Virus record (IMG/VR): IMGVR_UViG_3300038393_000909
Location: 34,229-98,228 of that record
Source of the DNA: a virus
Reading direction: 5' to 3' (one strand)
DNA length: 64,000 nucleotides
The notes under the pieces were generated by a model, which searched no databases, was not told where the DNA came from, and saw nothing but the letters and a program-made list of their open reading frames with translations. The translations under genes were made by a program, and so were the position numbers. Below, in pieces: positions 47,222 through 56,771 of the stretch. How positions within the stretch are numbered: position 1 is the first letter of the stretch; every line of letters starts with the position of its first letter.

Positions 47222-47746
47222 CTACTTGCCCTTGGCCTTCTGCAGCGGGATGACAGTCGACGGCGTGTTGCGCATCGCGATCTCCAGCAGGTCCTCTTCG
47301 GTGAGTTCCTTGGCCGGCTTGCTGGCGTTGTTGTAGGTGGTGTGACTCTCGTCCTTCTGGCCGAGGTAGTTCTTGCCCAGGAACATCGCCATGTTGGCCT
47401 GCTTCTTGGCGAGATCGAGCTGGCCCATGCGGACGTTGATGCGACCGTTGTCCAGGCCGCGCTCGTAGACAAGTCGGGCAGGCTCACAGTCGGATAGAAA
47501 GGCGGAGAAGATATCGGGGGTGACGCCGAGGATCGAGGCGATCTCGTTCTTCGAGGCGAGGCGCTTGGCCAGCTCGCCGATGATCTTCAGGATGTCGAGG
47601 GTCGGCTTGAGCTTGGTCGCCTCACGCTCACCCGCGATCGGGCGGCGGAGCAATTCGAACACGAACTCATCGTGCTCGTCTGCGGTCGGGACCGGCTCCT
47701 GCTTGGGTGGACGGCCCCGACGCTTGTAGGGAACGTCGTCGGTCAT
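47222..47746 (-). CDS. terS: terminase small subunit (putative)
   Basis: GRPPK, HTH EIASILGV, MFLGKNYLGQ; upstream of TerL. Confidence 0.7.
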   Translation of the reverse strand: MTDDVPYKRRGRPPKQEPVPTADEHDEFVFELLRRPIAGEREATKLKPTLDILKIIGELAKRLASKNEIASILGVTPDIFSAFLSDCEPARLVYERGLDNGRINVRMGQLDLAKKQANMAMFLGKNYLGQKDESHTTYNNASKPAKELTEEDLLEIAMRNTPSTVIPLQKAKGK

Positions 47747-47747
47747 G

Positions 47748-47900
47748 TCAGCTTGATTTCTTGGCGGCGATACGCCGGGCGTTCTGCTCTTCCTGCACAC
47801 GCAGGTTGAAGTTCGGGGCGTCCTCCCGGATGTCCAGATCAGGCTTGGGGAGCTTGATCGGCTCGTAGGGGAGCGGCGCCGGCTTCTTGATGCCGGTCAT
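47748..47900 (-). CDS. small hypothetical protein (50 aa, not in ORF track)
   Basis: MTGIKKPAPLPYEP...; overlaps upstream stop. Confidence 0.45.
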   Translation of the reverse strand: MTGIKKPAPLPYEPIKLPKPDLDIREDAPNFNLRVQEEQNARRIAAKKSS

Positions 47901-48124
47901 CGGGAAATCCTATCGCCCTCCAGGTCGTCGAGGATCACCGCGACGAGGGATTCAGGGGCTTGATAAAAAATGGCGTAGGCCTCGTCCGGGTCGGTGGTGC
48001 ACTCACCGTACGGGTCTATCATGCGCAGGATCTGGCAGGCATAGCCGCAGCCGTAGGTGACGCGCCAGTTGGGCAGGTCCACGCAGAAGTCGAGCGGGTC
48101 GGTGAGCGTAGCTGCCGCAACCAT
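47897..48124 (-). CDS. hypothetical protein
   Basis: Packed ORF. Confidence 0.5.
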   Translation of the reverse strand: MVAAATLTDPLDFCVDLPNWRVTYGCGYACQILRMIDPYGECTTDPDEAYAIFYQAPESLVAVILDDLEGDRISR

Positions 48125-48130
48125 GGCTGG

Positions 48131-48358
48131 TTAGGCCTTGTCGGTGCCGGGCACCAGCGTGTGCCGGATGCGCTCGGGGATCTTGAGGTCCTCGTCACAG
48201 ACCAGACTGCGACCGCCGGTATGCTGGCCGCAGGCGTTGTACGACATGACCTTGGGCCAGCCATGGGTAAGCTTGTAGCCGTCCCAGGCGGAGACCGGAG
48301 CATTGATCCGGCACTCGCTCTTCTTGGACTCGAAGTACCGGCAGGTCGCACAAGTCAT
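48131..48358 (-). CDS. small Cys-rich protein
   Basis: C.TCRYF.....CR..AP...WP.V....CG.H. Confidence 0.6.
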   Translation of the reverse strand: MTCATCRYFESKKSECRINAPVSAWDGYKLTHGWPKVMSYNACGQHTGGRSLVCDEDLKIPERIRHTLVPGTDKA

Positions 48359-48651
48359 GGCGTGCTCGCGGATGGCTTCGGCAGCGCCTTGCGCTTCCTG
48401 GGTGGCTTGATGTCGAGGCCCCAGCTCTTGGCCAGGGCACGGAGGAAGTCTTCGGTGGGCTGGAATGTGTCGACGATCCAGGTGATCACCGCAGGGGTCG
48501 GACCAGCCAGGGGGCGGATGAGATGGATCTCAGCAGTCGGCGCGTGCAGCGGGTCGCCGTAGGCCACCGTCACGCACTCGTCGGGATCGAGCTTCATCCA
48601 GCGGACCATCGCCTGAGCGTGGGTGCGGGTATCCCCGACGATGATCTTCAT
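48355..48651 (-). CDS. hypothetical protein
   Basis: Start MKIIVG after GAGG. Confidence 0.5.
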   Translation of the reverse strand: MKIIVGDTRTHAQAMVRWMKLDPDECVTVAYGDPLHAPTAEIHLIRPLAGPTPAVITWIVDTFQPTEDFLRALAKSWGLDIKPPRKRKALPKPSASTP

Positions 48652-48658
48652 GGACGCC

Positions 48659-48895
48659 TCAGAGGAAGTGCACGTTGCTTTTTCCGCCGGCCCTGGTGCA
48701 GAGGACCTCGTTGAAGAACATGACGTGTTGCTCGGTCCAGCCGTCACCCTTTGGCTCGACAGCAATGACCTTCTCGAACCTATGGCCCGTGCAGGGATCG
48801 CCCCATCCGATCGGCATCCACTCAGAGAGTGGGAGACCGAGTGCTTGAAGGTTGCGCTTCGCTGCTGTTTCGGTCTCGGCGACGAAGGCCTTCAC
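48659..48895 (-). CDS. hypothetical protein
   Basis: Coupled ORF. Confidence 0.5.
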   Translation of the reverse strand: MKAFVAETETAAKRNLQALGLPLSEWMPIGWGDPCTGHRFEKVIAVEPKGDGWTEQHVMFFNEVLCTRAGGKSNVHFL

Positions 48896-49089
48896 GGCTT
48901 CGACTCCTTGGTGATCAACCGGTCGACGACCTTGTCGATGTCGATGAAGCCGACGACGGCGACGAGACTCGAGCCATCGTTCAGCGGCTCGGCGCTCAGC
49001 TCGTCCATCTCGCGTAGGACCGCGACGATCTCGGCGGCGATCTCAATGCGGCGCATCGGATCCGCAGCCTTGGTGGACTTCCTGGGCAT
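48892..49089 (-). CDS. hypothetical protein
   Basis: Coupled ORF. Confidence 0.5.
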   Translation of the reverse strand: MPRKSTKAADPMRRIEIAAEIVAVLREMDELSAEPLNDGSSLVAVVGFIDIDKVVDRLITKESKP

Positions 49090-49092
49090 GGG

Positions 49093-49800
49093 CTAGAGTC
49101 CCGCGGTGTGGAAGGCGCGCACCCACTGGGCGCAGATGTCGGAGCGCACGATGTCGTCGAGCCCGAATTCGATGATTGGGATCTGGAGCATCTGCTGCTT
49201 GGCGAGGTGGATGACAGTGCGCAGACCTGAGGTCTGAGGTAGGTCTGACTGCGAGACGTCGCCGTTGATGATGACCTGACAGTCTTCACCCAACCGGGTG
49301 AGGAACATCTTGATCTCAGGCACGCTGGCGTTCTGGGCCTCGTCCAGGATGACGATACAGTCCTTGAACGAGCGACCGCGCATCACCTCGAAGGGGACGA
49401 TCTCGATGTCGCCGGCCTTGAGCGCGATTTCGAAGGCGGCCGTACCCATGCGCTCCTTCATTACCTCGGTGAGCGGTGCGACCCAGGGGGCGATCTTTTC
49501 CTCGAGCGTGCCGGGAAAGAACCCGAGTGAGCGGCCTGCGGGAACGTTGGGCCGGGTGATCACCACCTTGGAGATCTGGCGGGCACGCAGGCGATCGGCA
49601 GCATGAGAGCCAGCCAGGAAGGTCTTGCCGGTGCCAGCCGGGCCCAGCACGATCATCTGCGGCGCGCTGGCCAGGGCCTTCAGGTAGGCGCCCTGTGTCT
49701 CGGTCTTGGGCTGGATCAGTGGCTGTCGCCGCTCCTCCTCGAATCGCTGAGGGCGCGCACGCGTCCTCTCACCATCGCGAGGCTGCTGGCGTCTTTTCAC
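49093..49800 (-). CDS. phoH: PhoH-family ATPase
   Basis: GPAGTGKT, LGFFPG, MRGRSF, ILDEAQN, GD..QSD, DIVRS. Confidence 0.93.
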   Translation of the reverse strand: MKRRQQPRDGERTRARPQRFEEERRQPLIQPKTETQGAYLKALASAPQMIVLGPAGTGKTFLAGSHAADRLRARQISKVVITRPNVPAGRSLGFFPGTLEEKIAPWVAPLTEVMKERMGTAAFEIALKAGDIEIVPFEVMRGRSFKDCIVILDEAQNASVPEIKMFLTRLGEDCQVIINGDVSQSDLPQTSGLRTVIHLAKQQMLQIPIIEFGLDDIVRSDICAQWVRAFHTAGL

Positions 49801-49905
49801 GAAGCCTGTCCTGTAGATCGGTTGGGTTAGCGCGGTGCAGCAAGCGCGGCCACGCGCGCCTGGAGGGCGTCAGTGGAGGACATGAGGGCCTGCTGTTGGA
49901 GGACG

Positions 49906-52851
49906 CTATTCAGCGCTCGCGATGATCCCGCCAGCCACCGTGAAGAGGGCCGGCAGCGATGTCGGGGTCAGGCCGTGGCTAGTCTTCGTCGCGACGACTT
50001 GCAGACCCGCAGCCCCGACGTTCTGGACGGCGAAGGCGAAGCCGTCCTGATCCGTCCCGTTGGCCGTCACCCCGTAGTCCGTGCCGGCCGTGCCGACGAA
50101 GGTCGGCGTGGCCGAGGGCGCAGCCCGAAGCGGCCCGTAGGGGTATGACACGGCAAACGTCAGTGTGTTGGCCGTGTAGGCAACGAGCTGTCCCTGAAGG
50201 AGCCGCACCCCGCCTGGATCGCCAATCCGCTGCACGTAGGTTCGAGCCAGAGCGCGCTCGACGGAAGGAGGTCGCCGGTCAAATTGGGTCGGCCGGTAGC
50301 CGCGCTCCAGCACGGCGTTCTTCCACGTCGCCGCGCCGCTCACCGGCTGGAGTGTCAGCACGAGATCGGCGCCGATGAAATCGGGGGGCAGGACGAAGGT
50401 GGCGCCATTCCCTCGGCCGCGTGCAGCGGTGAGGGTGACGGGCGCGTACAGGCCAGGGTTCGCCGAAGGGCCGAGATAGACGTTCATTGAGCCCGTCAGG
50501 TTCTCAACCGAGAACACAAACGGCTCGTTGGCGAGGCTCGGCAGATCGTGGATCGTCTGCCGCAGAAAGCCTGCGGAGAGCGTAACCGTGCCATCTGAGG
50601 CGCGCGTGATGCTGGTCGTGTTATCGACCGAAAACCAGCCGTCGAAGGTCCAGACGCCCGAAGCCGCCGTGCCGCCCGCGAACGCGCGGGTGTTCAGGCC
50701 CATGTCGCCGTTGATCAGGAGGCTGGTCAGCCCCTTGCCGGCAAACGAGGTCGCGTCAGGGGGCGCGGCAAGCCACGCATCGCGCACGATCTTGCCGACC
50801 GGCGTGAGCGTGCCGTCCTGGCGCATTAGGCTGTTGGCCTCATGGACACCGAGGCCGGGGACATACCAAGAGCCAGCAAACCATGTGAAGCCCGAGAACG
50901 CCGTCTCACGGCCCATGCGGCGGCCCCAGGCGCACAAGTCGCTGATCCAGTTGTAGTGGCTGGTCAGCGTTGCGGCATCGGAGACAGGGTAGGTCGTCGT
51001 GTTGGCGCTCGGGTCGAGAAGTGGATCCCGTACCGACGCGGTGTTCGACAGCCCGGTCTCGTCAATGAAGATCGCGAAGTTGCGGGTTCCGAGAAGTGCG
51101 GTAACGTTGGTCTGAAGGTCGGACAGGCGCGCCGCGAACGTGGCTTCGCTCGCCTGATAGATATGAACGCCGAGCACGAGGTTCGGATCTGTCGAGAACG
51201 TCGCGTTGCTCGATAGAACGCTTGCGGTTGCGGCGAGGCCGTAGCCATAGTTCACCGAGTTCAGGACGATGGGACCGAGGAACTTGGTTCCCGGCATTCC
51301 CGTCACGTCGGCGCGCAGAGCGGTGACGTACTGCGCCTGCTCGGCCGCCCAGACACTCGTATCGGTGCAGGCCGAGCCGCCGGTTGAGCAGTTGATCTCA
51401 TTAGCCGGGTTGATCCAGACGTTTTTCCGGTTCCAGTACCGGTCGCGCAACTGCCCCATGAAGGTTACGTTAAGCGCGGTCGGCACCGCATCGTTGGCGT
51501 TCTGGAGCTGCACCACTATCCCGAGCCGATTGGCCGCGTCGATGATGGCGTCCAGCATGTCGAGATGCGCGGGGTAGCCGTTGGCGGCGGTCGTGTAGGC
51601 AGCCGCCGGCTCAACCGCGACGCGCAGCAGGTTGACGCCGAGATTGGACCACGCCGCTACCCGCGCCTGCATGGTGGCTGTGCTGCCCCACTGCGTGGCC
51701 TCGTAGCCGGTCTGCGACGAGCCGCCCGAGGTGATGGTCTGCCCCGAGACGGTGCGATAGCGGTAGTCCGTGCGGGTCTCGAATGAGACGAACAGACCAT
51801 CGAGGAAGGTCACGCCACGGACGATGAAACGCTTACCATCCGGCCCCTGGATCGTCCGGTCGGGCTGGACCTGATAACCTGAACCGGTCGCGCGCAGTGC
51901 TTGAGCACCAACAGATGCGAGCGCGGTGAGCGTGGGGTCTACATCCAGCTTCCCGTTGAGCGCCGTCAGGGTATCCTGAGCGACGCCGAGGAGATCGGAG
52001 GCCGACGCCGCGCCCATGGCCTGACGCTGGCTGGCAGCATCGGCGGCGTTGAGTGCCTTGAAGGCTGGCGTGGCGTCAGTGAGTCCACCGACCGTCGTCG
52101 AACCTGCCGGGCCTGTATCGCCCTTTGCTCCCTGAACCCCTTGAGGACCGGTGTCACCCTTGGGACCTTGAATTCCTTGAGAGCCCTGGTCACCCTTCGG
52201 GCCTTGCAGACCCTGCGGGCCGGTCTGACCCTGAATGCCTTGAGGACCTTGCTGACCCTGCTGGCCGGTGTCGCCCTTGTCGCCTTTCGGGCCTTGAGGA
52301 CCTGTCGGGCCTTGGATGGCGCCACCTTCCACCCAGGTCGTGTCGGAGTAAACCCAGACGGTGCCGTTGATCAGATACGCATCGCCCTGCGCCGGATTCG
52401 AGATCGTCGCGAGGTCCGTGCTGGTCGCGAGAGCGCCCTTGACCGTGAACTGAGCGCTGTCGCCCTTGTCGCCCTTGTCACCCTTCGGGCCCTGGTTGCC
52501 CTGGATGCCTTGAAGACCCTGCAGACCTTGCGGCCCGACATCGCCCTTCTCACCCTTTGCTCCGGTCGCGCCCATCAGTCGCGGGAACAGGTTGATCAGA
52601 TTGGCGATGGTGACGAACTGCTCGACGCCGTTGACGGTGATCGGGATCGTCGTGTTGGTCTCGGTCGAAGGGACCGGGGTCGGGGCGACGATGACGGGCG
52701 GCGTCTGCTGGTTTACCGGGGCGATAGAGCCAGCCAGGAGAAGGTACTTGGCTTGGGCCGCGGTCAGCGCGAGCGGTGCACCCTGCGGGTAGTGATCCGT
52801 GCCGATGTAGATACCGGACGGCGGAACGACCGTGTAAGCGTCGTACGTCAT
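49906..52851 (-). CDS. collagen-repeat fibre with GH5-like glycoside hydrolase domain
   Basis: GXY repeats; LGVNLLRV, NPANE (acid/base), H.Y, IDETG (nucleophile); C-terminal LINGD domain. Confidence 0.8.
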   Translation of the reverse strand: MTYDAYTVVPPSGIYIGTDHYPQGAPLALTAAQAKYLLLAGSIAPVNQQTPPVIVAPTPVPSTETNTTIPITVNGVEQFVTIANLINLFPRLMGATGAKGEKGDVGPQGLQGLQGIQGNQGPKGDKGDKGDSAQFTVKGALATSTDLATISNPAQGDAYLINGTVWVYSDTTWVEGGAIQGPTGPQGPKGDKGDTGQQGQQGPQGIQGQTGPQGLQGPKGDQGSQGIQGPKGDTGPQGVQGAKGDTGPAGSTTVGGLTDATPAFKALNAADAASQRQAMGAASASDLLGVAQDTLTALNGKLDVDPTLTALASVGAQALRATGSGYQVQPDRTIQGPDGKRFIVRGVTFLDGLFVSFETRTDYRYRTVSGQTITSGGSSQTGYEATQWGSTATMQARVAAWSNLGVNLLRVAVEPAAAYTTAANGYPAHLDMLDAIIDAANRLGIVVQLQNANDAVPTALNVTFMGQLRDRYWNRKNVWINPANEINCSTGGSACTDTSVWAAEQAQYVTALRADVTGMPGTKFLGPIVLNSVNYGYGLAATASVLSSNATFSTDPNLVLGVHIYQASEATFAARLSDLQTNVTALLGTRNFAIFIDETGLSNTASVRDPLLDPSANTTTYPVSDAATLTSHYNWISDLCAWGRRMGRETAFSGFTWFAGSWYVPGLGVHEANSLMRQDGTLTPVGKIVRDAWLAAPPDATSFAGKGLTSLLINGDMGLNTRAFAGGTAASGVWTFDGWFSVDNTTSITRASDGTVTLSAGFLRQTIHDLPSLANEPFVFSVENLTGSMNVYLGPSANPGLYAPVTLTAARGRGNGATFVLPPDFIGADLVLTLQPVSGAATWKNAVLERGYRPTQFDRRPPSVERALARTYVQRIGDPGGVRLLQGQLVAYTANTLTFAVSYPYGPLRAAPSATPTFVGTAGTDYGVTANGTDQDGFAFAVQNVGAAGLQVVATKTSHGLTPTSLPALFTVAGGIIASAE

Positions 52852-52890
52852 TTACGAACAGCACCTGTGATTGTGCCGATCGTCTCGGCG

Positions 52891-53244
52891 TCAGACGAAG
52901 TGAGCTGGCAGCGCCCAACCTTCGGCCACGGTTATGATGGTGGCGACTGCAGCACTGGAGCCAGCAGCGACACCCCACTGCGCGAAGTTGCTTCCGTCCC
53001 ACTTGAAGGCGAACTCAGCACCGAGCCACGCCACGACTGCTGAAGTCGGAGGCGTCATGTGCTTGAGGTCATGCTCTCTCTGGCCTGCTTCCCGGCCGTA
53101 AAAGAACGTCGAGACGATCAAGGCGCCGATGATCGGTGCGTACGCGACATTAAACAGGCCGAGCACGGACGCGATGACGAGCGTGTAGCCTGCAGACAGC
53201 AGCGTGTGCGTGATCAGCGGGCGGGCCAGGAGCCACTTGAGCAT
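52891..53244 (-). CDS. membrane protein
   Basis: Hydrophobic segments, FFYGRE..Q.E; start at 53244 follows palindrome. Confidence 0.6.
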   Translation of the reverse strand: MLKWLLARPLITHTLLSAGYTLVIASVLGLFNVAYAPIIGALIVSTFFYGREAGQREHDLKHMTPPTSAVVAWLGAEFAFKWDGSNFAQWGVAAGSSAAVATIITVAEGWALPAHFV

Positions 53245-53247
53245 GAG

Positions 53248-53267
53248 CGTTCCAATTAATGCAAACG
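53248..53267. promoter_or_regulatory. 20-bp palindromic site
   Basis: CGTTCCAATTAATGCAAACG. Confidence 0.7.
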
Positions 53268-53285
53268 ACGGGGCAGAGAGTGGCG

Positions 53286-53936
53286 TCACTTACGACGCAC
53301 GCCACCCTTCCTGATGTTGTCCACACCCCACATCGGCTGCAGGTTCGTGTAGTGAAAGCAGATCTTCTGCTGCTCGGGATCGGTCAGATCGAACGCAGAG
53401 CATGGGACCTTGTGATCGATGTGCCAGCCAGACCTGCCGTAGTTCTCCCACGACATCGTACTTTCGAACTGGTTCTCCAGGTGGATCACCAATTCTGGAA
53501 TCGTGCAACCGATCAGATCGATCGTGGATGCGTACTTCTCACCATTGCCATACAGGCGCAACGCCTGCAGCAAGCGAGCATGAAGAGCGGCCTTCATCCG
53601 ATAATGAGGATCCGTGGCCCGGCGCTTGCGAAAGTAGTCGAGCATATAGGCAGCCTTAGCGACCTTCACGTCCGGCCGGGATCTGTACTCGGCCGCATAT
53701 GCGCGTCGCTTGTCTGCATTTTCGCGGTGGTACTCAGCCTTCTGGGCGAGTGCCGCTTCGCGCCGCTCGCGGTACCTCTCCCGTTCACGCGCCTGGCGCG
53801 CTTCGCGATTGGCGAGGTAGCGAGCGCGCTGCTGAGCGCGGATCTTTTCCTTGTTCTTCTCAGCCCACGCCTTGTAGTAAGCAGGATTCTGCTTTCCGTC
53901 ATGACCAAGGGAAGGAATGTCGTTCTCGCCATACAT
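53286..53936 (-). CDS. HNH-like endonuclease
   Basis: MSWENYG..WHIDH..PC..FDL.....CFHYTNLQP....N..K. Confidence 0.8.
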   Translation of the reverse strand: MYGENDIPSLGHDGKQNPAYYKAWAEKNKEKIRAQQRARYLANREARQARERERYRERREAALAQKAEYHRENADKRRAYAAEYRSRPDVKVAKAAYMLDYFRKRRATDPHYRMKAALHARLLQALRLYGNGEKYASTIDLIGCTIPELVIHLENQFESTMSWENYGRSGWHIDHKVPCSAFDLTDPEQQKICFHYTNLQPMWGVDNIRKGGVRRK

Positions 53937-54859
53937 CAGAGCAGGGTCCAGTCTTCCTGACGACTGGAGAAGTAACTCATGATGTCGCGCTTTAGTTCCG
54001 GCTTATTGCCGACCAACTCGTAAATACCTGACGTGTTGGTCTTCAGATCCTCGTAGGGATCAAACTTGTGCTTGACCAGAATGTCCCAGCGAGACTGATA
54101 GGCGCGATCCCGCTTTTGTCCGTGATACAGATGACGAATTGTGCCCGGAACGTAGCTGATATTGCCATTGATGTGCTTGTTGCAGCGGTCCTGCCACCGC
54201 AAGATCGGCGCTTTGTAACCCTCAGTCACACCTTTTGGGAAGGAGAGTTCTGCCTTTCCGATTAGGCACAGGGCTTGATGGTGATCGCCGCTGCCCAAAA
54301 CCGCCGTCTGAATCAAACCACCGGTCGCTTCAAGGGCTGAGCGCGTTGCGGCCCAGGCGTATCCAGGATGGGCAAATCGGTACCCGCTCTTTCCGAGCAT
54401 AGAGCAGGTCTTTGGCTCCTGGGCCCATTGCCGACAGAAGGAGTGATGCATCTCGAGGATGCTGCCAGAAGGACCTAGATCCAGGCAGTGTTCCCACGGC
54501 TGGACGAAGTCGTAGTGCTGGAGAGCATACACGGTATCTTCAGCCCAATTCGGGTTCTCGAAGACAACGTCTGCGTCGATCCAAGCAACGTATTTCCAGT
54601 CACGAGGAAGACTCGCGATACCCAAATTGATCGCGTTCTCTTTCACCCAAATCGGATTCTTCGCGTAGACCGGGACGTGGTTGATCCCGTCGTTGTTGGC
54701 GAACTGATGTGGGATATCCCCATACGCGCATTCGACTACCGTCAGATGCACGCCGGACTCGAGCATGTGCTTCTCGAAGGCGGCGTAGTTATTGACGTGG
54801 CTCTTGAAGCGCCGCGGATTGAAGGACACCGCGATGACGTGGAGCAGGTTCGGTCGCAT
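53936..54859 (-). CDS. GT-A fold glycosyltransferase-like protein
   Basis: W.KE..IN, YVAWIDAD (DxD), GSGD, HLYHG; start MRPNLL after AGGAGG. Confidence 0.7.
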   Translation of the reverse strand: MRPNLLHVIAVSFNPRRFKSHVNNYAAFEKHMLESGVHLTVVECAYGDIPHQFANNDGINHVPVYAKNPIWVKENAINLGIASLPRDWKYVAWIDADVVFENPNWAEDTVYALQHYDFVQPWEHCLDLGPSGSILEMHHSFCRQWAQEPKTCSMLGKSGYRFAHPGYAWAATRSALEATGGLIQTAVLGSGDHHQALCLIGKAELSFPKGVTEGYKAPILRWQDRCNKHINGNISYVPGTIRHLYHGQKRDRAYQSRWDILVKHKFDPYEDLKTNTSGIYELVGNKPELKRDIMSYFSSRQEDWTLL

Positions 54860-54880
54860 CCCAGGGTGCCTCCTTGGGGT

Positions 54881-55370
54881 TGGAGCGGTCGGCCAGCCAG
54901 GGACTGGAACGGAATTGAGGAGGCGCCCTTTCGGGTCTTCGGCGTCGCTGCCTATCTGAAGCACTGGTGGCCACTAGACCTCGAGGCAGACACCGTACTG
55001 CCGCCATTCGTGTCAGCGAGGGCCGGGCTCGGGTGCTGCAATGCCGACCGGAGCGACCCAGTCGGACGTTCTATGAATTCTCCAGGACGGCCCTCTGCAG
55101 CGGACCTCCACCCTTGAGGCGGCACTGTTTGCAACCAGCGTCCTGAATGACGTTGCCTGTTCAGGCGAAACTTGGAGCAGAGAACCGAGACCATTATCTC
55201 GGTCTTACATCAGGGCGACGCGATCCTCATGGAACACGTACTCTGCATATTGGTGCGGCGCCTATGCATCGACGTCCGCACCGCACTCCCCCACCACTTC
55301 AATTATCCCGCATGCGCAGGGCCTCACAGGGCGTGGTCGAGCCTCCGTTTCAGGGGGATCGGGCTCGAAA
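54881..55370 (-). ncRNA. candidate structured ncRNA array with CCA-ended tRNA-like units
   Basis: ORF-poor region, many helices with G-U pairs on minus strand, NCCA ends at 55251, 55173, 54965, 54881. Confidence 0.4.
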
Positions 55371-55376
55371 CTTACA

Positions 55377-55508
55377 TCAGATGAACAGCAGCAGCAGCGA
55401 GGCCGCGCAGGGGATCACGCCCCAGTTCATGCCGAAGAACAGCGTGGTCGGCACCGAGAGCGCGAACAGGATCACGGCCCACCAGAGACGAGCCTCGCCC
55501 TCGTCCAT
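55377..55508 (-). CDS. small membrane protein
   Basis: MDEGEARLWWAVILF..., two TM segments. Confidence 0.45.
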   Translation of the reverse strand: MDEGEARLWWAVILFALSVPTTLFFGMNWGVIPCAASLLLLFI

Positions 55509-55738
55509 CACAGCTCGTCCTCGTCGAGCTTGTCGTCCAGCCATTCCAGGATCGACTCGACGAAGAGTTCGTTGTCCCGCAGCTGCAGACCACAGCCGAG
55601 CAGCGCCATCATCGGCAGCGGCACGATATCGTCCGCGTTGGCGAGGGCGTCGAGGCCGGGGATGTGGAAGTCGATACGGCCGTCGGCGTGGACGACGAGA
55701 GCTGCCGCGTCGGAGGGCAGCTCGATCTGCGCGGGCAT
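55508..55738 (-). CDS. hypothetical acidic protein
   Basis: Typical codon usage. Confidence 0.5.
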   Translation of the reverse strand: MPAQIELPSDAAALVVHADGRIDFHIPGLDALANADDIVPLPMMALLGCGLQLRDNELFVESILEWLDDKLDEDEL

Positions 55739-55903
55739 GTTGTGCCTTGGAACAAGCAAGCACCCGATCGGAGCAGACGCTCAACGATCGCGGTGTGGCG
55801 GACTGGAGTGGAGTTGGTGACCGAGCGCCTTACACACGATGCGCGATCATATCTATATAATCGTCTATCTTGCGAACATCCGCAAGCACTCTAATGTCAA
55901 GCG

Positions 55904-56533
55904 CTACGAATTTTGATCTGATCTCATAAACATTCTGTGCTTGGTATGGTCGAACCGGAGGTAAGCATCATGTGCGGCCTCCGGTGTTCCAAATGAGCCG
56001 ATGTAGTAATTCACGCCACCGATCCTTCGCTGAGCAACGTACACTCCTCGAACCGCATCGAAGGTTACGCCAGTCGGCAGATCGCGGTGCTTAATCGGCT
56101 TAGGATGACGAGCAATACGAGATGGAACTGAACGGCGACGAGCGGCTGGCTTACGGCACGCTTTGTCTTGTCTGTTCTCAAGTGTATTCGTTTGTGCTCT
56201 GACGCTACGGCCTCCGTCTTTTCCGGTTAGATCAAGATCTTTCAGGATCTGACGAACCCGCTCTCGCGAGATACCGAATGTATTTCCGATCGCAGCGAGC
56301 GACAGGCCTGACTTAAACATCTCGACGATGCGCTCTGCACGAGTTTCCGTCTCTTCTTCGGTCAGAGGCGGGCGTCGACCAGGAATATCGATGCCGCGCG
56401 CAAGCAAGATGCGTCTTGCCTTGTCGTTACCGCAGCCGTACTCCCTGGCGATCTGCGCGACCGACAGGCCGTCGTCTACCATAGCTCTGAGCCTAGAGGC
56501 AGGAACCCTGTCGATCGATACGTGAATAGTCAT
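55904..56533 (-). CDS. HTH (sigma-70 region 4-like) plus AP2-domain DNA-binding protein
   Basis: SL..IG..FGISRERVRQI; GV.FD...YIGSFGTPEAAHDAY; lower GC. Confidence 0.7.
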   Translation of the reverse strand: MTIHVSIDRVPASRLRAMVDDGLSVAQIAREYGCGNDKARRILLARGIDIPGRRPPLTEEETETRAERIVEMFKSGLSLAAIGNTFGISRERVRQILKDLDLTGKDGGRSVRAQTNTLENRQDKACRKPAARRRSVPSRIARHPKPIKHRDLPTGVTFDAVRGVYVAQRRIGGVNYYIGSFGTPEAAHDAYLRFDHTKHRMFMRSDQNS

Positions 56534-56554
56534 AATACAACTGCGTTTGAATCG

Positions 56555-56770
56555 TTAGTAGTCGCCGTTGTCCAGGACGATCGCACGCGGCTGGGAGGTG
56601 TCGACCTCCTCCAGGTGGTAGGGGTGCAGAGCGAAAGGCTGCAGGCCGTTCTCGATCAGCTCCTTGTCGAGGAACTTGATCGCCTCCTCCTCGTCGGGTG
56701 CGAACACGATCGAGGTGCCGCCGAGCCAGACGCCGTCGTGGTCGGTGACGGTGTAGACGCGCAGGCTCAC
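56555..56770 (-). CDS. hypothetical protein
   Basis: G.W.G...IV.A.....A; ends DNGDY. Confidence 0.55.
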   Translation of the reverse strand: MSLRVYTVTDHDGVWLGGTSIVFAPDEEEAIKFLDKELIENGLQPFALHPYHLEEVDTSQPRAIVLDNGDY

Positions 56771-56771
56771 C

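Noticed and set aside
55140-55175. Hammerhead ribozyme (CTGAATGA...CGAAAC)
   Set aside because: The core is not CUGANGA and flanking stems I and III could not be formed.
54881-55370. tmRNA or RNase P RNA
   Set aside because: No TPsiC loop, tag ORF or GAGGAAAGUCC signature was found.
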